Shown: one piece after another, positions 1 to 11,209 of the stretch
Layout: each line of letters starts with the position of its first letter
Position numbering within the stretch: the first letter of the stretch is position 1
From: Candidatus Bathyarchaeota archaeon
GTDB lineage: Archaea > Thermoproteota > Bathyarchaeia > TCS64
Direction of reading: 5' to 3'
Length of the DNA: 64,000 nt
Assembly (NCBI GenBank): GCA_963769425.1
Contig: CAVYLP010000003.1
Span: 192,001 to 256,000 of the forward strand
Position numbers and translations under genes: made by a program
The notes under the pieces: model-generated
Database searches by the model: none
What the model was told of the DNA's origin: nothing
Seen by the model: the letters and a program-made list of their open reading frames with translations, nothing else

Positions 1-801
1 CTGGGATCGACGTGTATCCCAACCCGATGATAAATGAACCCATGCCATCACCGATCGATGGTGAGGTACTTCAGGTGAGGCGTGTTAGGGCACCACTCGG
101 TCACGGCTTCGACGCGCCCAAGTTCGACGTGGTAACTATAATCAGAAGCGGCGAAGACCCGGAGAGAATCGTCAAGATCCTCCACGTCGAAACTAAGGCG
201 AAGGTAGGGGAGTCGATTGAAGATAGGGCAAAGTATGGGTCCACTCATCCGCTCCGGGTACTTCGGATACCAGACGCCACTCCACGCCCATATAGAAGTA
301 CGGCCCCCCGGCGATCCCCTGCGCGTCAGGGGCGGGTATCCTATCGACAGCTTCCTCAAGCTCAAGAACCTCGAATTGACTAGGGCGATCGCTGGAACTG
401 TAGTAGCGTCGAGACCCGGATATGCCCTGATAAAGCTGGATCTGGCCACACCCGGGATCGTAGCCGATGTCGGCGGCGCACCGGGGATACTAGATGGGGG
501 GATACCCATCTACGGCTGGTTTGGTGCACACGTTGAGAACCCGGTTAAGGATTCACCTGTGAAGCTACTCGGTAGGACTATTGGATGGACCACAAACGTG
601 GCGCCGAGGACATGCGTCGCGGAGTGCACCAGCTTCACTGTGATGCTCGGCTCCGCTCCTGTGGATGCCTTCTTCATGCTCCTCCCAAGCGGGGAGCCCA
701 ACGTTGTGGTGACTTCTAGGGGGCAAGGCGAGTTAAACCTCGAACAAGGCGCCGAGGTAAACCTGACAATCGAGAAGAATGACCTAGCCCAATACATATA
801 A
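1..801 (+). CDS. Putative M23-like peptidase/hypothetical protein, 5'-truncated by window edge, frameshift near 220
   Basis: Frame 12..383 (GIDVYP...PSPIDGEV...KILHV) continues in frame 217..801 (KIGQSMG...HAHIEVR). The GxD...SPxDG...HxH pattern resembles M23 peptidases. Confidence 0.5.
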
Positions 802-834
802 GGGGAGGGACGCGACCTAAACAGACGAATCCAG

Positions 835-1200
835 ATGTCTGACCTCAGTCAGCTCCCCCCGAACGTACAGGAGAGGATAGCACGCCTCCAGCAGCTACAG
901 AACACAATGCAGCAGCTACAGGCCCAGAAGCAGAGACTCGACGCCGAGAAGTCCGAGACCGAGCGGGCGCTAACCACTTTAAATGAGACGCCCGAGGGCG
1001 CCAAGATCTACAAGAGCGTCGGCGCCGTCCTCATCGAGAAGGAGAAGGCCACCGTCGTGAAGGAGCTGGCCGAGAGGAAGGACTTCTTAGAGATGAGGGA
1101 GAAGGTCCTAGAGAAGCAAGAGGAGAAGGCTAAGGAGAAGCTTCAGGGGCTGCAGGAGACCCTGCAGAAGGAGCTCGGCCTCCCCCAGCAGCAAGGTTAA
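835..1200 (+). CDS. pfdB: Prefoldin beta subunit
   Basis: 121-aa coiled coil with the KIYKSVGAVLIE beta hairpin. Confidence 0.9.
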   Translation: MSDLSQLPPNVQERIARLQQLQNTMQQLQAQKQRLDAEKSETERALTTLNETPEGAKIYKSVGAVLIEKEKATVVKELAERKDFLEMREKVLEKQEEKAKEKLQGLQETLQKELGLPQQQG

Positions 1201-1898
1201 TCCTTCTTAAACACTCTACCGAACCCAGTTTGCTTCTGTTCCGTTTTCTTGGGCTCACCTGTCCCACGGAGCGGGGAGGTGTCCACGCCCAGCTTAAACA
1301 GCTTATTAATCACCTCGACCCCGTCGGCGGAGCCAGTGTAGTCGATGCTCGTCAGCTTGGTCGTGGGGATGAAGAGGCAAGCGTAGGGGAAGCCCCTCTC
1401 GGCGCAGTCATCGAGGATGCAAGAGTTGATTCCGGAGATCGCGCCTTCCCTAAGCAGCGGGTACCCGAGTTTGGTGAGATCTATCTTGTTGGAGTAGGCG
1501 AGAGCCTTGACCTCTGAGGAGATTGTGCTGAACGGCAGCCCGTCGATCGCGTAAATCTCAGTGGTATTCTTTTCCCTCAGCCACTTGAGGAGGGCCTCCG
1601 CGATAGGCCTGCATCCCTCCGCGGGGACGAGGCTCTCGGTCACCACGAATATGAGCTTATCCTCCTCGTCGAAGTGTATCCTGAAGGAAGAGATAGGTTC
1701 TCCGTTTGAGATGAGGGTCATTGGCGGGACGTAGTCGGATTTAACGTGGGCAATAATCGGGAACATCTTCGCCCTGATAGAGAACATCACAGAGGTGTTG
1801 CCTATGAAGCCGGCCCCTGCTAAACCTAGGATGGCCTTGTACTCCCCCCTCTTCAGGGGGGTCGTCTCAACGATTGAGGTGTTGTTTCTCGTGGACAT
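1197..1898 (-). CDS. PAC2-family proteasome assembly chaperone
   Basis: AILGLAGAGFIG N-terminal motif, later GAISG motif, 233 aa. Confidence 0.75.
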   Translation of the reverse strand: MSTRNNTSIVETTPLKRGEYKAILGLAGAGFIGNTSVMFSIRAKMFPIIAHVKSDYVPPMTLISNGEPISSFRIHFDEEDKLIFVVTESLVPAEGCRPIAEALLKWLREKNTTEIYAIDGLPFSTISSEVKALAYSNKIDLTKLGYPLLREGAISGINSCILDDCAERGFPYACLFIPTTKLTSIDYTGSADGVEVINKLFKLGVDTSPLRGTGEPKKTEQKQTGFGRVFKKD

Positions 1899-1989
1899 TG
1901 TTCTTTAGTTGTTGGTGGTGGATTTAAGATGCTGCTCGGGTTTGTGAATCAATTTGGTGAAGTTTTCGTTTTAATACGAGGACTGACTA

Positions 1990-3012
1990 ATGTTTCCGAG
2001 GATGTTGGGGCCCGTGGATTTCAGCGATCTCAAGGACCATCTAAGGGGCAAGGTCTCAATTCTGTGCCACCACAACGCGGACCCGGACGCCATCGGGGCC
2101 GCATACTCGATGGAGAGACTAATCCACACCCTCGACCCAAACGCCGTGACGGAGATTCTCTACCCAGATAGCGCCAGTCTGCTAGCGGAAAGGATGATAA
2201 GCCACTTCAAGATCGAGGCCTCGCCTCACCCAAAGATAATGGGCGCAGACGTCGTCCTGGTAGTTGACACTGGGAGCCTGATCCAACTGGAGGTGCTCCA
2301 ACCCATGCTAAAGACTGGCGCCGCACGGGTCTTCATCGACCACCATGGAAGGGACGACGAAATTGCGAGAATCGCCGACGTTTACATCGTCGACGAGTCA
2401 GCGGTAGCGACTTGTGAGATCATCTACCAGTATTGGCGCTCCCTGGGGCAGAGTCCATCGAAGGACGTAGCGGAGGCACTGCTTCTAGGGATAGCCTTCG
2501 ATTCCAAACACTTCGCCATTGGTACGCCGAGGACTTTCAGGATCATCGCGGAGCTTATGGAGTTGGGGGCGACCCTGAGCGGGGCGCGTGAACTTCTCCA
2601 GGGCGTGATGGATGTCTCGGAGAGGCTCGCCCGCCTAAAGGCAGCGCAGAGGCTCACCATCTACCGGATGGACCCGTGGATCGTCGTCACGTCCAACCTG
2701 GGTTCATTCCAGTCCTCAGCCGCGAGGGGCATACTCAACCTCGGCGCAGACGTCGCTATCATAGCCGGGAATGAGAAAGAAGAACTCAAGGCTAGCCTAC
2801 GATCCACGGAGGAGTTCTATCGGAACTCCGGGATTCACCTCGGGGAAGACGTTACAAAGCCACTATCCGAACCCTATAAGGGAGCGGGTGGAGGACACCC
2901 TACTGCAGCAGGGATAAACGGCTTTGGTGAGGCTGAGAAATTCCTCGTGGATGCGGCTGAGACTATAAAGGCGAAGCTGGGTCAGCCAAAGAAGGACGTA
3001 GTATCCTCTTAA
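1990..3012 (+). CDS. DHH/DHHA1 family phosphoesterase
   Basis: HHNADPDA, VVDT, IDHH and GGGH motifs. Confidence 0.9.
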   Translation: MFPRMLGPVDFSDLKDHLRGKVSILCHHNADPDAIGAAYSMERLIHTLDPNAVTEILYPDSASLLAERMISHFKIEASPHPKIMGADVVLVVDTGSLIQLEVLQPMLKTGAARVFIDHHGRDDEIARIADVYIVDESAVATCEIIYQYWRSLGQSPSKDVAEALLLGIAFDSKHFAIGTPRTFRIIAELMELGATLSGARELLQGVMDVSERLARLKAAQRLTIYRMDPWIVVTSNLGSFQSSAARGILNLGADVAIIAGNEKEELKASLRSTEEFYRNSGIHLGEDVTKPLSEPYKGAGGGHPTAAGINGFGEAEKFLVDAAETIKAKLGQPKKDVVSS

Positions 3013-3111
3013 ACTTGGGCAAGCTTTGAGGACTCCTTCAATTCACTATTATATGTGTAACTATTATATCTCGGGTGTAAGACTAAGAAGAAGAAATCGG
3101 CGGTTAGTCCC

Positions 3112-4845
3112 ATGGGCAGAGTCAGCGTCGAGGGCCTGTGTTATAGCTACCCGAACACCCCCGATCTAGCCCTGAGGGACATCAACCTCCAGATAGAGGA
3201 AGGCGAATTCATCCTACTCACCGGTCCAAGCGGATGCGGCAAGACTACTTTTTGCCGATGCCTCAACGGTCTCATTCCCCACTTCTACAGCGGCGAGATG
3301 AAGGGGGACATAAAGATCGACGGCCTCTCCACAAGGGACCACCCCACATATGAGCTAGCCAAGCACGTCGGTCTCATATTTCAGAACCCCGACAACCAAA
3401 TCTTCTCCCTCACCGTCGAGAAGGACATAGCCTTCGGTCTAGAGAACATGGGTGTGCCAAAGCCGAAGATGGTCTCGGAGATAGACTGGGCGATGGGGCA
3501 GGTCGGGATCACATCACTCAGGGAGAGGGGTACACACGAGCTATCCGGAGGCCAGAAGCAGCGCCTCACAATAGCCAGCATTCTCGCGATGCACCCCGGC
3601 GTCATTGTTATGGACGAGCCCACCGCCTTCCTAGACCCCGTCGGTGCCGAGAAGATATTCAACGTGCTCAAGACCCTCAACCGGGAGCATGGCATAACCA
3701 TCCTCCTCATAGAGCACCGGATGGATCTCGCAGTCAAGTACTGTGGCAGGATAATCGTATTCAACGAGGGCCAAGTAGTAAACGATGGGAGACCCCGAGA
3801 TATCTTCACGGCGGACGAGACTCGCCTCATCGGCGTCGGCATCCCCCGCATGGTCGAGCTCGGCAGGAGACTCCGACAGAGAGGGTACCAGCTAGAAATC
3901 CCCCTAGATTCCGACGAGGCATACGCGAGCCTCGTCCCCTACCTGAGGAAGCAAAAGGCACTCAAGCCCCGCAACGAGATCGAGGACCTGAACACCTTCG
4001 TCGGTGAGTACTCAAACAGCCCCCTCATCCAGCTGAAAGATGTTACCTACTCCTATTCAAACGTAGAAGCCCTCGGGGGCGTCTCCCTTTCAATAAACCG
4101 GGGAGAATACGTCGCCATAATGGGTGAAAACGGCGCAGGTAAGACTACTCTAGTGAAACACTTCAACGGACTCCTCCGCCCCAAGAGTGGAACAGTCACG
4201 GTCGACGGCGAAGACGTGTCCACGAAGAGCATCGCCACCATGGCGCGCAAGGTGGGCCTCGTATTCCAGAACCCCGACGACCAGCTATTCGCCGAAGACG
4301 TGGAGGAGGAGATCAGCTTTGCCCTTCGGAATTTCGGTTACGAGGAAGCCGTAATAAAGGAACGTGTAGACTGGGCTCTAAACCTCCTCGACATAGAGCG
4401 CTACAAGAAGTCCAGCCCCTTCATCCTCAGCGGCGGGGAACGGAAACGTGTGGCGCTCGCATCGATCCTCGCGTGGAACCCCGATGTCCTCGTCCTAGAC
4501 GAGCCCACCGTAGGACAGGACTATGGGCAGAAGGAGAGGCTCAAGCACTTCCTCATGCAACTGAGGACCCAAGGGAAGACTGTCGTTATAGTAACCCACG
4601 ACGTCGAGTTCGTTGCAGAGAGCCATCCCCGCATCCTCCTAATGTCCCAGGGTAAAGTAGTCGCGGACGGCCCGACGAAGAGGATAATGACTGACTCTAA
4701 GAGCCTCGAGGCCAGTAGCGTGGCGCCTCCAGAAGTCACGAAACTCTTCACCAAACTCGCCTCCTATGGCCTCCCCGCTGATGTTCTCGACGTCGACGAG
4801 GCCATCGAGCTGCTCACTAAGAAGATGAAGGGGGGGCAGAAATGA
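3112..4845 (+). CDS. ecfA: ECF transporter ATPase with fused EcfA-EcfA' domains
   Basis: Two ABC domains: GPSGCGKT/LSGGQ and GENGAGKT/LSGGE, each with an FQNPD Q-loop. Confidence 0.9.
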   Translation: MGRVSVEGLCYSYPNTPDLALRDINLQIEEGEFILLTGPSGCGKTTFCRCLNGLIPHFYSGEMKGDIKIDGLSTRDHPTYELAKHVGLIFQNPDNQIFSLTVEKDIAFGLENMGVPKPKMVSEIDWAMGQVGITSLRERGTHELSGGQKQRLTIASILAMHPGVIVMDEPTAFLDPVGAEKIFNVLKTLNREHGITILLIEHRMDLAVKYCGRIIVFNEGQVVNDGRPRDIFTADETRLIGVGIPRMVELGRRLRQRGYQLEIPLDSDEAYASLVPYLRKQKALKPRNEIEDLNTFVGEYSNSPLIQLKDVTYSYSNVEALGGVSLSINRGEYVAIMGENGAGKTTLVKHFNGLLRPKSGTVTVDGEDVSTKSIATMARKVGLVFQNPDDQLFAEDVEEEISFALRNFGYEEAVIKERVDWALNLLDIERYKKSSPFILSGGERKRVALASILAWNPDVLVLDEPTVGQDYGQKERLKHFLMQLRTQGKTVVIVTHDVEFVAESHPRILLMSQGKVVADGPTKRIMTDSKSLEASSVAPPEVTKLFTKLASYGLPADVLDVDEAIELLTKKMKGGQK

Positions 4846-5636
4846 GCCTGCTCGAGGGACTCAGATTCACGAGGGGGGACTCCCCGCTCCACAGGCTCGA
4901 CCCACGCGTCAAGTTCCTGATGACGATAGTCATCTTCGCCCTCTCGATAATCTTCTTCGACCTCATCCCCTTGCTGCTGGTTTTCACCTTGCAGATTCCC
5001 TTGATCCTCGTCGGGCGGATATGGAGAGAGTGGCTGAAGACCCTGAAGGGTGCCGCCTTTTTAGCGATTATTATCTTCGCCACGAACTTACTCAGCTTTT
5101 ACTTCTTCCAAGGCATGCACCTGACCGGCGCAACGGTGGAGTACAGCCTCACCCTAACACTCAGGTTCCTCGCTCTCATAACAAGCTTCAGCCTCTTCTT
5201 CCTCACAACATCCCCCGACAAGCTCAGCCTCGCCCTAGAGAAGGCCCGTGTCCCGTACGAGTTCAACTTCGCCTTCATAACCGCGATAAGATTCGTCCCT
5301 GTCCTCGCCGAGGAGGCTCAAACAATAATGGACGCCCAACGATCAAGGGGGCTAGAGTTAGATAAGGGCGGCTTCCTATCCCGTATAAGGAAATACATTC
5401 CGGTCCTCCTCCCACTCATCGTCAACTCCATCCGAAGAAGCCTTGAACTCGCCGAGGCCATGGAGTCGCGCGCCTTCGGGGCGACGAAGAATAGGACAAA
5501 CCTCTATGAACTCAAGATGGCGAAGAGCGACTACATTGTACTAATCATAACAGTCTCCGTTCTCATTGTGGCTGTATACGCCCGCCTATTCCTGCCACCA
5601 TTCCCGAAGGTACTGGGGGGGATCGTATTTATCTAG
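4842..5636 (+). CDS. ecfT: ECF transporter transmembrane T component
   Basis: LHRLDPRVK, AQRSRG and AMESRAF motifs; overlaps ecfA (ATGA). Confidence 0.9.
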   Translation: MSLLEGLRFTRGDSPLHRLDPRVKFLMTIVIFALSIIFFDLIPLLLVFTLQIPLILVGRIWREWLKTLKGAAFLAIIIFATNLLSFYFFQGMHLTGATVEYSLTLTLRFLALITSFSLFFLTTSPDKLSLALEKARVPYEFNFAFITAIRFVPVLAEEAQTIMDAQRSRGLELDKGGFLSRIRKYIPVLLPLIVNSIRRSLELAEAMESRAFGATKNRTNLYELKMAKSDYIVLIITVSVLIVAVYARLFLPPFPKVLGGIVFI

Positions 5637-5735
5637 ACCAATCCTTATAGTCATTTCATAACCCTTAAATAATTACTATAGAGACTAGAGTCGATATCAA
5701 GGGGTATCAGTAAATACTGTAAGGGAGAGCCATGC

Positions 5736-6791
5736 ATGGAACCTAGGCGAATACAGAAAGTCGGATACTCAACCCTCTCAGTCAGCATCCCCATGAACTG
5801 GGCCAAGAAGATGAACGTCAAGAAAGGCGATATCGTCTTCCTCAGCGAGGAGAATGACGGCGCCCTGCGCATCGCCCCAGAGCCCAGTAAGGCGGAGGAC
5901 ACGAGTGTCTACGTAGTAAATGTCGACCAATGCGACAACACAACCATACTCGCTCGTGTCATAGTCGGTAACTACGTCCTCGGGCGCAATATGATACGCG
6001 TCGAGTCGAGCCGCCGCCTCATGAGGGAGCAGATCGAAAGTATAAGGGAAGTCACCCAGAGACTCCTCGGCATAGGCATAATTGAAGAGAGCGACAAGCA
6101 CTTACTTCTCCAGTGCAGCATAGACCCCAAGAACTTTCCCCTCGAAACAGTCGTCAAGCGCCTATATGTCATAACGAGTATAATGTTTAAGGAATCAATC
6201 GATAGCCTCATCGACGAGGACCACGAGCTCGCGAAGGATGCCATCACCCGCGAGTACGAGGCCGATACAATCTACTGGCTACTATCACGGCTCCTCGCCT
6301 CAGCGCAGCAGAGCCGCGTCGTCTCCGAGAGCATCGGAATCGTCGATCCTATGGAGATCTCCGAGTACAACCTAATCGCCTGGTACTTGGAGATGATCGG
6401 GGACCGCCTCAACTCCGTCTGCGCCAACATCCTCAAGCTCGAGAATCACAAGAAAAACACTGACGGCGACCTGATAGAGCGCCTCGGTCAACTCGCCCTC
6501 GTCAGCTTTACTATGTTTGACAAGGCGATGAAGAGCATAGTCGATAAGGACATAAAGGTTGCCAGCGATGCCGTCGACCTCTATGATGCCGTCCAGATAG
6601 AGGAGGAGAAGCTCCTCAGCGAGTTCCACACCACTAACTCGGAACTCACCATCCGCTTCAACATGATCGCTTGGGAGTTCAAGATAATCGCGGAGCACAG
6701 CGCGGCCATAGCTGAGATATCCATAGACAACATCCTCCGCGGCGAGAACAAGATCTGCCGCATAGAGGAAGAGTCGACGGAAGAAGAGTAG
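5736..6791 (+). CDS. phoU: AbrB-PhoU phosphate uptake regulator
   Basis: RRIQKVGYSTLSVSIPMNWA AbrB domain followed by PhoU helical repeats. Confidence 0.85.
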   Translation: MEPRRIQKVGYSTLSVSIPMNWAKKMNVKKGDIVFLSEENDGALRIAPEPSKAEDTSVYVVNVDQCDNTTILARVIVGNYVLGRNMIRVESSRRLMREQIESIREVTQRLLGIGIIEESDKHLLLQCSIDPKNFPLETVVKRLYVITSIMFKESIDSLIDEDHELAKDAITREYEADTIYWLLSRLLASAQQSRVVSESIGIVDPMEISEYNLIAWYLEMIGDRLNSVCANILKLENHKKNTDGDLIERLGQLALVSFTMFDKAMKSIVDKDIKVASDAVDLYDAVQIEEEKLLSEFHTTNSELTIRFNMIAWEFKIIAEHSAAIAEISIDNILRGENKICRIEEESTEEE

Positions 6792-7157
6792 ACTCGCCCA
6801 CCGCATTTTTTAGGGCTATAAAATCGATATGGTAATCAATCTCACCATTAATATAACGCTTCGCAGAAAAGGAAAATCATAGTATATACTCAGGCGAGCG
6901 TTCGTTTGAATAGCAAACACCCACTATTCTCGATGAATAATATATTCCCGGACGCATCCACTGACTGAACAGTGAGTGATGGCCGATCTCCTTGACCGGT
7001 TCACGCTTATAAACGAAACAACTGTTCCAACCAGTACAGTTTTTTGACTACTAAACCAGAGTACTAGCTAATCATTACTGGGGGCATAGGATAAATAGGT
7101 TTATAGGAGCCTTTTTTCTGTCTATAGACAATTCGCTAAAAGGGATTTGAACCATCC

Positions 7158-9368
7158 ATGGTACGTTACAAGCAGACGGGCGACATCCTGAAGCTCATGC
7201 TCGACAAGGAGCACATCAGGAACATAGGCATTATCGCGCACATCGACCACGGCAAGACAACAATGAGCGACAGCCTCCTAGCGGCGGCTGGGCTCATGTC
7301 GCCGGACCGCGCAGGTGAGGCCCGCGCCCTCGACTACCTAGAGGAGGAGCAGGCGAGAGGCATCACCATCAAGACGGCAAACATCAGCCTACTGTATGAG
7401 GATGAGAAGGGTCAGCCCTACGTTATCAACCTCATCGACACCCCGGGGCACGTCGACTTCAGCGGAAAGGTCACGCGCGCCATGAGGGCGCTCGACGGAT
7501 GCATTCTGCTCGTAGACGCCGTGGAGGAGTTCCAGATCATGACCGAGGTACGCCTTAGACTAGCCCTCGACGAGGCCGTCAGGCCGGTCCTCTACATCAA
7601 CAAGTTCGACAGACTTATCAAGGAGCTCAAGATGGACGCCGAAATGGCGCAGGCGAAGATACTGCGTATCATCGGCCAGTTCAACACCATCGTCCAGACC
7701 TTTGCGTCTGACGAGTTGAAGAACGAGTGGACCGTCAACGCGGGCCTGGGCCAGGTCTGCTTCGGCTCAGCGCTCGACCGCTGGGGCTTCACACTCCCGA
7801 TGCTGCAGAAGAAGGGCATAACGTTCAAGCAACTCGTCCAGATGTATCAGGACGGGAAGCTCGCGGAGATTCAGGAGAAGCTCCCGCTGGCCGAGGCCAT
7901 GCTCAGCATGGTCACCCAGCACCTTCCCAACCCCATCGTCTCCCAGCCTAGGAGGCTCAGGACGATCTGGAAGGGTGACCCCGAGAGCCCGATGGGTAAG
8001 GCGATGTACGCCATCGATCCCAAGGGACCCACCGTAGTCTGCATCACGAACATCATCATCGACCCTCAGGCTGGAGTCGTCAGCACGGGCCGTGTATTCA
8101 GCGGCACCCTCCATAAGGGTCAGGACTTCCACCTCGTCGCCGCCAAGAAGGATCTCAAGGCGCAGCAGGTCAGCATATACATGGGCCAGTTCAGGGAGAT
8201 CGTTGAAGAGATCCCGGCTGGGAACATCTGCGCCCTCCTAGGCATAGCTGAGGGCAGGGCGGGCGAGACCCTAGTAGTGCCAGAGCTGAAGGAGGGTGCC
8301 GTCGGCTTCGAGTCGATAAAGTACGCCTCCGACCCAGTCCTCACGATCGCGGTCGAGCCCAAGAAGCCCACCGACCTACCCAGACTCATCGACGCCATGC
8401 AGAAGATGAGCATACAAGACCCCAACCTAGTCACCACAATCAACCAAGAGACAGGTGAGTACCTGCTCGCGGGTATGGGTGAACTCCACCTAGAGATCGC
8501 CCTAAAGGACCTGAAGCGCGAGTACAACCTAGACGTGACGGAGAGTGAGCCCACGGTCGTCTACCGTGAGGCCATCCGTGACAGCGTAGGCCCGTTCATG
8601 GGTAAGAGCCCCAACAAGCACAACAGGGTCTACTTCAAGTTCGCCCCCCTCGACCCGGTGATAATCGAGCTCATCCGCAACGGTGAGATCAGCGTCATCA
8701 CGAGCCAGAGGAAGATGGAGGAGATCCTCGTGCAGAAGGTCGGCTGGACCACTAAACAGGCCCGCCAGGTCTTCGCCATCAACGAGAACGCCAACATGAT
8801 GGTCGACAGCACAGTCGGCATCCAGGGCATACGCGAGGTCAAGGAGCACATCTCAGGCGGTTTCGCCTGGGCCCTACAGCAGGGCCCGCTCGCGGGCGAG
8901 ATCGTCCGCGGAATAATGGTCGACATGGTGGACGTCGCGCTCCACGAGGACCCGGTCCACAGGGGTCCGGCGCAGATGATGCCCGCGGTCAGGGGCGCAA
9001 TGTACGCTGGCATGCTCTCCGCGCGGCCGACGCTCCTTGAGCCCATCTACAAGATACAGGTCCGTGTCCCCGCCCAGTGGCTGGGAAACGTCACAGGTCT
9101 CCTCAGTAGGAAGAGGGGCAGGGTCCACGACATGGACCAGCAGGGCGCCGTAGCCGTCGTCACGGGCTTCGTCCCCGTCAGTGAGACCATCGGCTTCAGC
9201 GCCGAGATGCGCGCTGCCACGAGTGGTAGCGCCTTCTGGCAGAGCACATTCGACCACTGGGCCTCGGTCCCCGACAGCCTCCTGCTCGAGGTCGTGAAGA
9301 AGATCCGCACGAGGAAGGGCATGACGCCCGACCCGCCAACCGCGGCTGAGTTCCTAGTGAGGGAGTAA
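7158..9368 (+). CDS. fusA: Archaeal elongation factor 2 (canonical or paralog)
   Basis: AHIDHGKT, RGITI, DTPGH, NKFD, GMGELHL and the diphthamide loop HEDPVHRGPAQ. Confidence 0.93.
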   Translation: MVRYKQTGDILKLMLDKEHIRNIGIIAHIDHGKTTMSDSLLAAAGLMSPDRAGEARALDYLEEEQARGITIKTANISLLYEDEKGQPYVINLIDTPGHVDFSGKVTRAMRALDGCILLVDAVEEFQIMTEVRLRLALDEAVRPVLYINKFDRLIKELKMDAEMAQAKILRIIGQFNTIVQTFASDELKNEWTVNAGLGQVCFGSALDRWGFTLPMLQKKGITFKQLVQMYQDGKLAEIQEKLPLAEAMLSMVTQHLPNPIVSQPRRLRTIWKGDPESPMGKAMYAIDPKGPTVVCITNIIIDPQAGVVSTGRVFSGTLHKGQDFHLVAAKKDLKAQQVSIYMGQFREIVEEIPAGNICALLGIAEGRAGETLVVPELKEGAVGFESIKYASDPVLTIAVEPKKPTDLPRLIDAMQKMSIQDPNLVTTINQETGEYLLAGMGELHLEIALKDLKREYNLDVTESEPTVVYREAIRDSVGPFMGKSPNKHNRVYFKFAPLDPVIIELIRNGEISVITSQRKMEEILVQKVGWTTKQARQVFAINENANMMVDSTVGIQGIREVKEHISGGFAWALQQGPLAGEIVRGIMVDMVDVALHEDPVHRGPAQMMPAVRGAMYAGMLSARPTLLEPIYKIQVRVPAQWLGNVTGLLSRKRGRVHDMDQQGAVAVVTGFVPVSETIGFSAEMRAATSGSAFWQSTFDHWASVPDSLLLEVVKKIRTRKGMTPDPPTAAEFLVRE

Positions 9369-9425
9369 TCCCTCCAACCCTTTTTTAGAGCAGAACCACA
9401 CACCTCTACCCTAGGTGGCACTGGG

Positions 9426-10806
9426 GTGAAGTTCCTCAACGAAGATCACATCATCGCCAACGGATCTGGGGTCTACTCCAAACTGCGTGGCGACGCCCTA
9501 GAGATATTGGGATCGGCACTCGACGCGGTCGATCCGAAGAAGGCCATCTATGAGCAAGGTGAAGGTTAAGGACGGCAGGCTCACCGTCGAGGGTAAGACT
9601 TATGATCTGACCCGATTCAGGCGAATCTACCTGGTGGGCGGCGGCAAGGCAGGTGGTTCAATGACGGAGGCCGTCGAGGCCCTGCTCGGGGACAGGCTCA
9701 CGGGTGGGGTAGTCAACACCCTGCAGGGTACCGAAGGAAAGTATCATGTTAACCGGGTAGAGCTAGTGGGTGCATCCCATCCAGTCCCAAACGAAGCGGG
9801 GGCACACGGTGTCGCCAAGATGCTCTCGATGGTCACGGGACTTACGAACAAGGACCTCGTCATCGTGATAATCTCCGGCGGTGGCTCCGCCCTGATGCCT
9901 AACCCCGCCGAGGGGATAACGCTCGACGACCTACAAGCGATAACAGGGAGGCTCCTGAAGAGGGGGGCAGCCATAAACGACCTCAACGCCGTCCGGAAGC
10001 ACCTCGACTCCTTCAAGGGGGGGCAGCTCGCGAAGCGATGTCAACCCGCCGAGGTTTTGAGCCTAATCCTATCGGATGTCGTCGGAGACCCTCTCGACAC
10101 AATCGCGTCGGGACCCACTGCTCCGGACTCTACCACGTGGGGAGACGCTAAGGGTGTCCTTAAGAGGTATGATTCGTGGGATGGTGCTCCCGAGCCCATT
10201 CGGAAGAGAATAGAGAAGGGGTTAGCTGGGGAGCTACCCGACACGCCGAAGGCAGATGACCCAGCTTTCTCCAAGACCCGTAATGTACTAGTCGCCAACA
10301 ACTCCTACGCGGCGGAGGCAGCGTCTAAGAAGGCGACCGAGCTCGGGTACAGCTCGATGATCCTGTCAACAATGGTCGAGGGGGAGGCACGACAAGTTGG
10401 AAGCGTCTACTCTGGAATCGCACAGGAAATTGTGAATAGAGGTAGACCGATCAGTGTCCCCGCCGCGATTATCATAGGCGGCGAGACTACGGTGGACGTT
10501 AAAGGATCAGGGAAAGGAGGGCGCAATCAGGAAGTTGCCCTCGGCGCAGTCAAGAAGATAGCCGGGACACCATGTTTGATCACATCCCTTGCCACCGACG
10601 GTTTAGACGGCCCAACCGACTCGGCGGGAGCAATAGTAGACGGATCCACCCTGGGGAGAATCGTTAAAATGAATCTCTCGATCGACGCCACCCTCCGGGA
10701 GAACGATGCCTATCACCTCTTCGAGAAGGTTGGCGACCACCTCATGACCGGCCCGACAGGGACGAACGTGAATGACCTCGCTCTTATACTCGTGGCCGGG
10801 GAGTAG
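9426..10806 (+). CDS. Glycerate 2-kinase (MOFRL family), frameshift near 9553
   Basis: GTG start at 9426 (MKFLN...ALDAVDPKKAIY) joins frame 9550..10806, which carries GGGKA, HPVP, SGGGS, GGETTV, GGRNQE and TGTNVND. Confidence 0.85.
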
Positions 10807-10810
10807 CGAG

Positions 10811-11209
10811 ATGCCCACCCGAAGCGAGAGGCAGAGTGAGGCCCTGGAGAAGATGGAGGCAGTACTGAGGGGGGAGGATGAACCAATAGAGTTCATACTA
10901 GTAGAGGGGACGCGGGACGTAGAGGCACTCAGGTTCCTCGGCGTTACTGCTCCCATCGATGTCAGCTCCCACGTCAGGAGAGCAGAGCCCGCCATCGCCG
11001 ATAACATCTCAAAAAAGACCCGTAGTGTGCTCGTCCTCACCGACTTCGACGAAGCGGGGAGAACCCAGGCAAAGCGCTTGACCGAACTATTGACCGCGGA
11101 GGGGGTCCGCGTTCAGATCGAGCTGAGGAGAAAGATAGGTCGACTTATGGGCATCCTTGATCTGAAGACCATCGAATCCATCGATAATCTGGTCATGAGG
11201 AAAGATTAG
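10811..11209 (+). CDS. Small TOPRIM-domain protein
   Basis: ILVEGTRD and LTDFDEAG TOPRIM motifs; ATG at 10811 just after the glycerate kinase stop. Confidence 0.85.
   Translation: MPTRSERQSEALEKMEAVLRGEDEPIEFILVEGTRDVEALRFLGVTAPIDVSSHVRRAEPAIADNISKKTRSVLVLTDFDEAGRTQAKRLTELLTAEGVRVQIELRRKIGRLMGILDLKTIESIDNLVMRKD

Noticed and set aside
6930-6968. Box C/D sRNA (TCGATGA...CTGA)
   Set aside because: Imperfect C box, no internal C'/D' pair and no terminal stem.
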